A stretch of DNA of 64,000 nt from assembly GCA_963847705.1 (NCBI GenBank), contig CAWKBC010000017.1, positions 32,001 through 96,000 on the forward strand. The letters are read 5' to 3'. The stretch comes from an uncultured Pseudomonadota bacterium. GTDB lineage: Bacteria; Myxococcota_A; Polyangia; Fen-1088. The notes beneath the pieces are model-generated. The model was not told the origin of the DNA and did no database searches. It saw only the letters and a list, made by a program, of their open reading frames with translations. Below, piece by piece: positions 10,302-20,250 of the stretch (positions are counted from its first letter, which is position 1; each line of letters opens with the position of its first letter). Position numbers and translations under genes: made by a program.

Positions 10302-11567
10302 GTGAGCGCACCGACCGTCGCCGCGGGCTCACCGACGACAGCGCCGCTGGTCCGCGCGCTCGAACAGCAGCGGGCGCGGGCGGGACGGATGCTGGCCCGC
10401 GTGCGGCTCGTCGGCGTGGGAACGGTCTTGGCGCTGGTCCTCGCCGTCGCTTACGGTGGCGCGCAGGCCGACTGGCGGGTGACGGTCCCGGTGTTCGCGA
10501 CGTACGCCGTCGGCGCGGCGCTGCTGGCGGTCGCCGTCCGCCGCTCGGATCGGGCGGCGATCGGGGCGGGATTCGCGGTGGCCGTGCTCGACGTCCCGTT
10601 GGTCTTCGTCGCCCAGTGGCTGTCGGTGCCGGTGTCGCCGTCACCCGGCGGCGTAGCGGGTTTTGCGCTGGGGATCTTCGTGCTGCTGGTCTTGCTGAGC
10701 ACCCTGTCGCTCAGCCGGCGGCAGACGACGCTGGTCGCCGCCGTCTCCGCCCTCGCCGAGGTGCTCTTGCAGCGCGAGGCCGGAATTCGCCCCGGCGCCT
10801 GGGCGGCGTCGATCGTGGTGCTGGGGTGCGCGGCGGCAGTGGCGGCGCACCTCGTGGCGCGCGTGCGGGCGCTGGTGGGAAACGTCGCCGAGGAGCAGCG
10901 CAAGCGCGAGCGCCTCGGACGCTACTTCTCGCCGTCGGTCGCCGAGCGCCTGCAGACCCAGCGTGACGGCGAGGCCAAGCCCGAGGCGCAGGAGCTGACC
11001 GTGCTCTTCTCGGACATCCGCGACTTCACCGCCACCTCCGCCGCGCTGCCGCCCGGAGAGGTGGTCCGGATGCTCAACGAGTACTACGGGCGGATGGTCG
11101 ACAAGGTGTTCCAGCACGGCGGCACGCTGGACAAGTTCATGGGCGACGGGATCATGGCCTACTTCGGCGCTCCCATTCCCGACGCGGACCACGCCGCCAA
11201 CGCCGTCGACTGCGCGCTGGCGATGATCGACGAGCTCGACGCGCTCAACGCCGTCCGTGCCGCCCGCGGCGCGCCGCCGCTGAGGATCGGCGTCGGTCTT
11301 CACACGGGGGTGGCCGTGGTGGGCGACATCGGGTCCCCCCGGCACCGCCTCGACTACACCGCGATCGGCGACACCGTGAACGTGGCGGCTCGCATCGAGG
11401 GGCTCACGAAGGCGGCAGGGAGCGCGATCCTCGCCTCGCAGACCACGCGCGACCACGCGGCGAGCCGACACGCGTTCCGAGCGCTCGCGCCAATGAGCGT
11501 CCGCGGCAAAGTGGAACCCATGGCGCTGTTTGCGCCCGTACCGACGCCAACGCCGGCTTTGGCATGA
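10302..11567 (+). CDS. Membrane-anchored class III adenylate cyclase
   Basis: Multiple TM segments, then [31 protein letters not shown]; Lys/Thr specificity residues favour ATP. Confidence 0.9.
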   Translation: MSAPTVAAGSPTTAPLVRALEQQRARAGRMLARVRLVGVGTVLALVLAVAYGGAQADWRVTVPVFATYAVGAALLAVAVRRSDRAAIGAGFAVAVLDVPLVFVAQWLSVPVSPSPGGVAGFALGIFVLLVLLSTLSLSRRQTTLVAAVSALAEVLLQREAGIRPGAWAASIVVLGCAAAVAAHLVARVRALVGNVAEEQRKRERLGRYFSPSVAERLQTQRDGEAKPEAQELTVLFSDIRDFTATSAALPPGEVVRMLNEYYGRMVDKVFQHGGTLDKFMGDGIMAYFGAPIPDADHAANAVDCALAMIDELDALNAVRAARGAPPLRIGVGLHTGVAVVGDIGSPRHRLDYTAIGDTVNVAARIEGLTKAAGSAILASQTTRDHAASRHAFRALAPMSVRGKVEPMALFAPVPTPTPALA

Positions 11568-11618
11568 CCGAGCGATCCGGTCCGCGGGCTCGGATCGCGT
11601 GTTGGCGGGCGTGCGAGC

Positions 11619-13605
11619 TCAGCCGCCGCCTGGGAGCAACGAGAAGATCGAGGGCACGAGCATCGTCGTGCTGGCGTCCGCCGCCCAGTCGGTCGACCAG
11701 GGATCGGCGGGATCGGGCGCCTGCAGCGTCGGCACGGTGACGCCGGCGGCCGCGCCCTCGTCCGGGCAGAACAGCCCGACATGGAAGGCGTGGCCGTCGA
11801 AGTGCAAATAATGAATCAGCTCCCCGCCGGCGGCGGCGAACGCCGGCTGGGCGCGCCGAACGACCTCCTTGGCGATCGCGAACGGCGCCGGCGCGCTCGA
11901 GTAGACGTAGTCCTGGAGCCCGGTCTCGCGCACCAGCACCCGAGAGCCGACCAGCGCGTTCAGGTCGCCGGGATCGTAGTACTCGCGCGCGTCGCCCCGC
12001 TGCCACATCCAGCAAGGGTGGTTCCCGTGCAGACTCATGATCGCCAGGTCCGAGGGGTTGCCCGCGGCGAAGGTCACGGCGACGCGCGGGTCCATCGCGG
12101 CGACCCAATCGGTGATCTCGCCGCCCATCGACAGCCCGACAGCGACGACGCCGCTGGGGTTCACGTCGGTCCGCCCCAGCAGGTAGTCGAGCCCCCGCAT
12201 CACATCCCAGGCGCGCTCGCCGTCCTCTTCCCAGTCGGAGCTCATGCCCGGCGGTTCGATGGCGGGATGCGTTCCGTTCCCCGTACCGGGATCGTCGCCA
12301 TCCAGGTAGTCGCCGTACACCGACGCGCGATCGGCCAGGGGTCGGTGACCGATGTCGATGGCCAGCACCAGGAACCCGCGCCGCGCGAACGAGTCGCCGT
12401 ACCAGTAGAGCCCCTGGGGATCGAACGTGTCGTAGCCGCTGCCGCCGTGCCCGTTCATGGCCAGCACCACGGGATATCCGCCCGCGGGGGGCGGGGACGC
12501 CGGAACGGCCAGGTAGCCGTGCGCGTGGCGGGTCAGCGATTCGCCGTCCCAGGGACCGGGCAGCGTGCTGTCGAAGGCCAGCTCCTCGAGCAGGTAGCTC
12601 TGTGGCCAGCTCGCGTCGTCGTCGTCGCGGTCGCCGTCGTCGCCAGCAACAAGAGAAATGGGTGTGCTGGCGCTGAGCTGCGAGACCTGTGTCTCGGTCG
12701 GGCGGGGGTTGCCGCCGAGCTCGAGCAGCCCCAGCCGTGCGCGCGTGCGGGCTTGCCAGTCGCCAATCTCCTGCGCCGAGCGCGTCCCCAACCCGTGGGT
12801 CAGGACCTCGATGCGCGTGCTGCTCCAAGCCGCGGGCGCCCCGCTCGCGGCCGTCACCGTTCCGGCCAGCGTCCGTCCCGTCTCGACGCCGGTGTACACG
12901 GGCTGCCCCGGCGCGGCGGGGCGAGCGAACGTCAGAATCGTAACCGTCCCACTGCTGGACCTGAACGTCCTCGGAGGGCTGCTCGTCCAGCGCGCCGTCG
13001 GTCGCGTAGGGCTTCAAGGTCCCGACAAGCGTCGTCGATCCTGAGGCGGGCCCATCGACGCGCAGCACGGCCTGCGTGTGTCCGTCGAGCGAGATGTCCC
13101 AGACGCGCGCCGCGTCCCGGAACGTCTCATCGCGCCAACCCGTGAGCCGTCCGGTGTAGTCGCCCAGCGTCGTCGGTGCCGGCCCGCCCTGTGAGACGGC
13201 ATACCGCCCCGCGAGGACGCCGTCGGTCACCAGCACCTGGTAGCTGACCGTCTGGGTCGGTTCCGTCACCTGGAAACGAAGGAGCCCGCCGTGTCTGAAC
13301 TGGGCCCCGGCGATTGGGCTCGCGGCGGCGCCGGTCGTCTCGGCGAGCGTGCTGCCCGCGATCCGCCCGCTGGCCTGATCCTCGGTGATGAGCAGCGTGA
13401 TGCGCTCGCCGTCGCGATTCAGATACCAGTGTCCGGCCACTTCGGACGCAGGGTGCAGGTTGGAGATCGCCGCCGAGAACGTCGGCTTGGAACGCGGCGC
13501 TCCCGCGGTCGGGGTCTGAATCGTCCCATCACAAGCCGCCAGCGCGACCGACAGTGCCATCGCGCAGGCGCACAGTCCCCGGAGCTCGGCGCGCAACTGG
13601 GCCAT
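11619..13605 (-). CDS. Lipoprotein with C-terminal alpha/beta hydrolase domain; one-base insertion at about 12943
   Basis: LAAC lipobox; removing one T joins QQWDG to TILTFARP...; NGHGG, RGLDYL and GLSMGG nucleophile elbow. Confidence 0.78.
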
Positions 13606-13716
13606 CGGTCACGACGGACACGGCGTGAGGTCGCTTGGTAAGATCGTGACCCAGCTCATGCCCAGGAGTCGTGGCGCCTGGTGAACCGTGCGGGCGGCGT
13701 CCTGACGGCAGAGCGG

Positions 13717-14601
13717 TCAGTCGCGCGGCAGGTCGAGCGTTCCGGTGAACGCGATCCGCGCCGGACCGCGCAGCCGCACGCCGGTGTAGTCGGGGGCCAC
13801 GGTGATCGACAGCGTTCCGCCCGGGAGATGCACCGGCGTCTCCGCGCCGGGCGCGAGCCGCTCTTCGAGGCAGGCGGCCACGACGGTGGCGCAGGCGCCG
13901 GTGCCGCAGGCCAGGGTGAGGCCGCTGCCGCGCTCCCAGACCACCAGATCGATCGCGCTGCCGCGCACGCGGGCGAACTCGACGTTGGTGCGGCGGGGGA
14001 AGCGGTCGGCCACCTCGAGGGTCGGGCCGTAGGTCTCGGCCAGCGCGCGCAGCTCCTCGTCGCCGTCGACGAAGATCACTGCGTGGGGGTTGCCCATCGA
14101 GACGGCGGTGAAGCGGAAGTCGCGCTCGCGCGCGCGGATTGACTCGCGCAGCGCGCGCGTTTCGCCCGCGGGCAGAAGCGGGATCTCGCTGCGGGTGAGG
14201 CGCGGGCGCCCCATCTCCTCGGTCACGTTGGTGACGACGCCGTTCACCACCTCCAGCGTACAGGTGAGCACGCCGGCGCCGGTCTCGATCCGCAGCGTCG
14301 GGCGCCGCAGGGCCGGGTCGGATTCGTAGAGCACCTTGGCCACGCAGCGCAGGCCATTGCCGCACATCTCGGCCTCGCTGCCGTCCGCGTTGAGCACGCG
14401 CATGCGCGCGTCGCCGCTGGTGCTCGGCAAGATCGCCAGCACACCGTCGGCGCCGACGCCGAAGTGGCGGTCGCAGATCTCGCGCACGACGTTCGGATCC
14501 TGAACGGCGGCAGCACCGCCGGAGGCGGGCTGACCGGGGCGCAGATCGACGACGACGAAGTCGTTCCCGGTCCCCTCGGCTTTGACGAACGGAAGCGGCA
14601 T
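13717..14601 (-). CDS. dapF: Diaminopimelate epimerase
   Basis: GTGNDF, GVGADG, EMCGNGLRC, SMGNPH, TNVEF, ERGSGLTLACGTGA. Confidence 0.96.
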   Translation of the reverse strand: MPLPFVKAEGTGNDFVVVDLRPGQPASGGAAAVQDPNVVREICDRHFGVGADGVLAILPSTSGDARMRVLNADGSEAEMCGNGLRCVAKVLYESDPALRRPTLRIETGAGVLTCTLEVVNGVVTNVTEEMGRPRLTRSEIPLLPAGETRALRESIRARERDFRFTAVSMGNPHAVIFVDGDEELRALAETYGPTLEVADRFPRRTNVEFARVRGSAIDLVVWERGSGLTLACGTGACATVVAACLEERLAPGAETPVHLPGGTLSITVAPDYTGVRLRGPARIAFTGTLDLPRD

Positions 14602-14618
14602 GGTGCCCGCTCGGTAGT

Positions 14619-15224
14619 CTACGGGGTCGAGGGCGCCGGTGCCGGCTCGGCCGGCTTCTCGGCCTTGGCGGGGGCGTCCGCGGCGGGCTGGCCGTCGGCG
14701 GGCGGGGCGTGCTTGCGCTTGCGCGTCGTCGCGGTCGGCTTCTCCGTCCCCTTGGCCTTGGCGGTCGGCTTGGCCTCGTCCTTGGCGGGCGCCGCGGGCG
14801 CCTCCGGGGCCGTCGGCTCACTCGTTGCGGGCGCAGCCGGCACGGCCGCTCCGGCCGCTGCGCCGCCGGCCGTCTTCTCGACGCTCTCGCGGGCCTTCTC
14901 GAGGTCGATCTTCAGCTTCTCGGCCCGCGCGTCGTCGGCCTTCTTCTCGGCCGACTTGCGCTCCGCCAGCCTCTGCAGCCGCCGCGAATCCTGCTGGCTG
15001 GAGAAGTGCGCCAGCCCGAGCGACGTCAGCAGGAACAGGAATGCCGTGATCGACGTGAGCCGGGTCAGGAAGTTCCCCGCCCCCGACGAGCCGAAGACAG
15101 TTTGGCTGCCACCGCCGCCGCCGAACGCGATCCCCATGCCGCCGCCCTTTCCGGCTTGCAGCAGCACGACCAGGATCAGGAACAGGCAGACGATGACGTG
15201 AAGGACAGTCAGAAACGTGATCAT
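14619..15224 (-). CDS. secG: Preprotein translocase subunit SecG with long Ala/Pro/Lys tail
   Basis: LILVVLLQAGKGGG...FGSSGAGNFLTRLT; follows tpiA. Confidence 0.93.
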   Translation of the reverse strand: MITFLTVLHVIVCLFLILVVLLQAGKGGGMGIAFGGGGGSQTVFGSSGAGNFLTRLTSITAFLFLLTSLGLAHFSSQQDSRRLQRLAERKSAEKKADDARAEKLKIDLEKARESVEKTAGGAAAGAAVPAAPATSEPTAPEAPAAPAKDEAKPTAKAKGTEKPTATTRKRKHAPPADGQPAADAPAKAEKPAEPAPAPSTP

Positions 15225-15988
15225 GAAGCGGAGCCCTCTTTCACAAGACGAACGAACGATTCGGCCGACAGGGAGGCGCCGCCGACCAGGCCGCCGTCGA
15301 CGTCCTCCTCGGCCATGAGCGCGCGGATGTTGTCGGGCTTGACGCTGCCGCCATAGAGAATGCGCAGCTTGGGCGCCAACGCCGCTGCGCGCAAGGCGAG
15401 GCGGGTTCGAATGAAGTGGTGCACCTCTTGCGCCTGCGCCGGCGTCGCGTTGCGCCCGGTGCCGATCGCCCAGACGGGCTCGTAGGCGATCACGATCCGC
15501 TCCAGCTCCGCGTCGGTCATGTCGACGAGGGCGCCCTCGAGCTGGGCCTGGATGCGGCCCAGGGTCTCGCCCGCGTCGCGCTCGGCCAGCGTCTCGCCGA
15601 TGCAGACGACGGGCGTGAGACCTGCGCGCAGCGCCGCGCGCGACTTGAGGTTGACGGCCGCGTCCAGCTCGCCGAAGAGCTGCCGGCGCTCCGAGTGGCC
15701 GACGATCACCAGCTTGCAGCCGGCGTCGGCGAGCTGCGAGGGCGCCACCTCGCCGGTGAACGCGCCTTTCTCTTCCCAGAAACAGTCCTGCGCAGCCACC
15801 ATCACCGGGCCGTCCTTCAGCCGCGTGGCCACCGCGTGGAGCGCCGTGAAGCTGGGCGCCACGGCGACGTCGACGTCGCGCACCGACGCCACGCCGTCGC
15901 GCACCTCAGTGGCCAGCGTCAACGACTCGGCGATCGAGCCGTTCAGCTTCCAGTTGCCGCAAAAAAATGCCCGCCGCGTCCTCGCCAT
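15221..15988 (-). CDS. tpiA: Triosephosphate isomerase
   Basis: GNWK, GAFTGE, GHSERR, AYEPVWAIGTG, YGGSV, LVGGASL. Confidence 0.97.
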   Translation of the reverse strand: MARTRRAFFCGNWKLNGSIAESLTLATEVRDGVASVRDVDVAVAPSFTALHAVATRLKDGPVMVAAQDCFWEEKGAFTGEVAPSQLADAGCKLVIVGHSERRQLFGELDAAVNLKSRAALRAGLTPVVCIGETLAERDAGETLGRIQAQLEGALVDMTDAELERIVIAYEPVWAIGTGRNATPAQAQEVHHFIRTRLALRAAALAPKLRILYGGSVKPDNIRALMAEEDVDGGLVGGASLSAESFVRLVKEGSAS

Positions 15989-15999
15989 GGGATCCTCTT

Positions 16000-17187
<1,188 letters not shown>

Positions 17188-17229
17188 CTCGAAAGCTCTC
17201 GTTTTTCCAACCACTGGAGCGCTTTGGAC

Positions 17230-17258
17230 AAAAAAAAGCGCGCCCGGTCGGGGCGCGC
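17230..17258 (-). terminator. Intrinsic terminator
   Basis: Minus strand GCGCGCCC-CGACC-GGGCGCGC followed by T8, downstream of the small gene at 17295-17516. Confidence 0.85.
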
Positions 17259-17294
17259 GAAGAATGCTAGAACAGGCCTGGAAAAGCTAGAAAA

Positions 17295-17516
17295 TTAGTC
17301 CAGATCGAGGTCCGTGGTGACGAGGCTGATGATCTCGCTCGCCAGCGCCACAATCTGTTTCGGCTCGTAGCCGTTCTCGCGGAGCTCCTTGTAGATGGAC
17401 TTCGAGAGAATTTGCAGCGCTTTCTCCCGGTTCGGAGCTGGGGCAGCCGGAATAAGAGTGGCCGCCTGCGTTTTGATGTCGGTGACAGATGTCGATTGGG
17501 TTACGGCCTGTGCCAT
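17295..17516 (-). CDS. Small helical hypothetical protein (73 aa)
   Basis: Strong GGGAGGAGG RBS, own promoter and terminator; amphipathic REKALQILSKSIYKELRENGYEPKQIVALASEII. Confidence 0.82.
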   Translation of the reverse strand: MAQAVTQSTSVTDIKTQAATLIPAAPAPNREKALQILSKSIYKELRENGYEPKQIVALASEIISLVTTDLDLD

Positions 17517-17552
17517 TTGGAACCCTCCTCCCAGAAGGTCGCGCGGATTTCT

Positions 17553-17569
17553 AGCACGGGACATGCCAG
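17553..17569 (-). promoter_or_regulatory. Putative sigma54 (-24/-12) promoter
   Basis: Minus strand CTGGCATG-TCCC-GTGCT, exact GG-N10-GC spacing, about 20 nt upstream of the RBS. Confidence 0.65.
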
Positions 17570-17867
17570 ATTCAATTGCTAGATAACATGCTGAAACTAT
17601 TAGCTACTTATCCTCGAAACAAGACTCTGGCGCGAAGCCGGCTACGCACCATGGTTCAGGGCTTTGAGGCATTCGAAATCGCGAGAACCGTGGTTTTCCC
17701 GACGAACAGACGTGACCGGGGCGTCACAGGAGGGGCCGCGCACAATCGGGCAGGCTCCCGCCAGGGGTGCGAAAGATATTTTGCATGCGCATCCCATCGA
17801 CGCGTTCTCACGCTATCAATCTCCTCGTTTTCAAACGGGCTGCTATGCTACGGCTCCGAGGTCAGCC

Positions 17868-18932
17868 GTGAAGCAGTCCCAGTCGATCGAGATCGCGTAT
17901 CTCATCAACGGTGAGGTGGTTTCGGTGCGGCGCCTGTCCAAGCGCAGCGAGTGGCGCAGCGCGCTCGCGGCGTTCGGGCTGGTCGCGCTGATGTCGGCGG
18001 CCGCCGCGGCGATCGTGGCCGTGGCGATGCTGGCGGCGCACCGGGTGCTGTTCATCCCGACGTACTTCGGTCTTTGGGCGGCGGTCTGCTTCGGCGCCGC
18101 TGCGCTGGCGGCGACGCGCGCCGCGCACCGGGCCCGCTCGTACAACATCGGGGCGGCCATCGACGACGACGCGTTCTCGGCGCTGGCGCTGCCGCTCGTG
18201 CGCCGAACGCCCGCCGGCTACCGGCTGGCGATCGTTCCCGGCTTCACCGGCCGCATCGACGGCGACCGGGCGCCGATGGCGGTCGAGGGGTTGGCCCGCG
18301 GAGAACGCGGGACCGATCTGCCGCTCGAGATCGGCATGCGCGCCGAGGTGGTCTTCGGTCAGGCGACCTTCGTGGTTCGCGCGTTCGCCGACGTCGGTCC
18401 GGCCCCCGCACCGCCCGTGGGCTTTGTCCGCCGGTTCGCCCGCCGTGCGTTCCTGCCGCTGGAGCTGGCGGCGCTCGCCAGCATCTTCTGCGCGGTGCCG
18501 GTGGGCGCGCAGATCGCCGACGCCGACATGAAGTCGGCCATCTCCTCGCGCGCCACCCCCTGGGAGATCGAAAAGGCCCTGCGCGCCGAGGCGCAGACGC
18601 AGGCGCGCTCGCTCCACCAGTGCTTCGACGTCCTGCCGATCTCCTGCCAGCACTCGGGGTACGTGGGGGTGGGGGTGTCGCTGTCGCGTGAGGGGGAGAT
18701 GCGCGATCACTGGATCGCGCGTTCGACCTACAGCGCCGACTGCCCGGTCGAGCAGTGCATGTCGGATGTGGTGTCGACCTGGTTCTTCGAGCCGCTGCCG
18801 GCTTCGATGCGCGTGATCCTGCCGGTACAGGTCCTGCGCACCGACAAGCCGCTGCCGTACGGACAGGCGCGGGCCGCCGCCGATCTCCAGCGGACCACCG
18901 CCCGTCAGAAGGTCGCGAGCAGCGTCAATTGA
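17868..18932 (+). CDS. Membrane protein with AgmX/PglI-type TonB-like C-terminal domain
   Basis: TM helices; C-terminal HQCFD...GYVGVGVSLSREG...IARST...VEQC...WFFEP pattern. GTG start inferred. Confidence 0.6.
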   Translation: MKQSQSIEIAYLINGEVVSVRRLSKRSEWRSALAAFGLVALMSAAAAAIVAVAMLAAHRVLFIPTYFGLWAAVCFGAAALAATRAAHRARSYNIGAAIDDDAFSALALPLVRRTPAGYRLAIVPGFTGRIDGDRAPMAVEGLARGERGTDLPLEIGMRAEVVFGQATFVVRAFADVGPAPAPPVGFVRRFARRAFLPLELAALASIFCAVPVGAQIADADMKSAISSRATPWEIEKALRAEAQTQARSLHQCFDVLPISCQHSGYVGVGVSLSREGEMRDHWIARSTYSADCPVEQCMSDVVSTWFFEPLPASMRVILPVQVLRTDKPLPYGQARAAADLQRTTARQKVASSVN

Positions 18933-19255
18933 GCGACGGTCCTGCGCCCAACGGACCCCACCACCCGGGTCCGGCCGAAGAGGAGCGGCAGGAGCTCGAG
19001 CTCATCGAAGCCGTCTATGAGTTCCCCGGCGACTTCTCGCTCTCGGTGATCGCCCGCAACGAGCAATCGGTCGTGGACGCCGTGCTCGCGGCCGCCGCCG
19101 CAGAGGGGCGCACGCTGCGATCGCATCAGCGGCAGGAGTCGTCCGGCGGGAAGTACGTCAGCCACCGCCTGGAGGTGCGCGTCGGCAGCGCCATCGAGGC
19201 GCACGCGCTCCGCGCGCGGCTCCGTGCCATCGACGGCGTGAAGACGGTCCTCTAG
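18929..19255 (+). CDS. DUF493/YbeD-like protein
   Basis: YEFPGDFSLSVI...SSGGKYVS...LRAIDGVKTVL; TTG overlaps the upstream TGA. Confidence 0.8.
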   Translation: MSDGPAPNGPHHPGPAEEERQELELIEAVYEFPGDFSLSVIARNEQSVVDAVLAAAAAEGRTLRSHQRQESSGGKYVSHRLEVRVGSAIEAHALRARLRAIDGVKTVL

Positions 19256-19262
19256 CGGCAGA

Positions 19263-19715
19263 TCATTTCGCGCGGGAGGCGATGATGCGCAGGGTTTCAC
19301 GCAGAGAGGCCAGGCGTGCGGCACCGACAGCGTCTTCCCATTCGTGCTCGACCTCCCGCACCAGCCTCCGCGCCAGCCGGCCCGCCGCGCGCCCCTTCGC
19401 CGACAGGCAGACCAGGCGGGCGCGCGCGTCGGAAGGGTCGGGGACGCGCTCGACATAGCCCGCCGCCTCCATCGCGTCGACCATCTCGCCCATCGACTGC
19501 TTGGTGATCCGCGCGCGTCTGGCCAGCTCAGTCACGCGGATGCCGCCGGGCTCGTCCCAGAGCGGCTGGGTGGCCGGGGTCTGCAGCGGTGGGAGCTTCG
19601 CGGCGCGAAAGCCCTCCTCGATGCGCGTCATCACCGCCTGGTGGCAGACGCGCAGCAGAGCTCCCAAGAGAGGTCCCTGGTCGGCGAGGCGGGGGGGCTC
19701 AGATCGCGCTTGCAT
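19263..19715 (-). CDS. MarR family transcriptional regulator
   Basis: RVTELARRARITKQSMGEMVDAMEAAGYVERVPDPSDARA winged-HTH. Confidence 0.92.
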   Translation of the reverse strand: MQARSEPPRLADQGPLLGALLRVCHQAVMTRIEEGFRAAKLPPLQTPATQPLWDEPGGIRVTELARRARITKQSMGEMVDAMEAAGYVERVPDPSDARARLVCLSAKGRAAGRLARRLVREVEHEWEDAVGAARLASLRETLRIIASRAK

Positions 19716-19717
19716 GA

Positions 19718-19759
19718 TGGTAAGGTATACCTTATTAACTAGACAGGCAAACCTGACTA
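19718..19759. promoter_or_regulatory. Two adjacent palindromic operator sites, probably bound by the MarR protein
   Basis: TGGTAAGG-TATA-CCTTATTA (19718-19737) and TAGACAGG-CAAA-CCTGACTA (19740-19759) between divergent marR and cupin genes. Confidence 0.75.
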
Positions 19760-19809
19760 AACGGCAGGAGTCGCAGTTGCCGACGACAATGACAATGAGA
19801 GGAGCCTCG

Positions 19810-20250
19810 ATGGGACCGATCAAAGGCGAAGAGATCCGGCTGGGGCAGATCCTGGTGACGTTTTTTGCTTCGGGCGAAGAGACGGAGGGGCACGCCGACG
19901 TGTTCGAAGTTCTGGTGCCTCCGGGCGCCCGGGTCCCGATCGCTCATCACCACGTCGAGGTCGACGAGGTGGTCTACGTCCTCGAGGGGATCCTCACTTA
20001 CCGAGTCGGCGAGACGCCGTACGAGGTGAACGCCGGCGATCGCGTGTTTGCGCCCAAGGGCGTCGAGCACCACTTTGCCAACCTCCACGGCTCGCCGGCA
20101 CGGTTCCTCAGCATCCTGACACCGGCAAAGATCGGGCCCAAGTTTTTCCGGGAGGTCGCTGGCCTCGCCGCTGCCGGGCCGCCAGCGCCCGCGTTGGTGG
20201 CCGAGGCGATGCTTCGCCACGGCCTCGTGCCCGCCGCACCGCCCGTCTAA
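19810..20250 (+). CDS. Cupin domain protein
   Basis: AGGAG RBS; HHHVEVDEVVYVLEG and GDRVFAPKGVEHHFAN cupin motifs. Confidence 0.9.
   Translation: MGPIKGEEIRLGQILVTFFASGEETEGHADVFEVLVPPGARVPIAHHHVEVDEVVYVLEGILTYRVGETPYEVNAGDRVFAPKGVEHHFANLHGSPARFLSILTPAKIGPKFFREVAGLAAAGPPAPALVAEAMLRHGLVPAAPPV

Noticed and set aside
14602-14618. tRNA-Leu commonly found after secG
   Set aside because: Only 17 bp separate secG and dapF; no cloverleaf seen here or elsewhere in the window.
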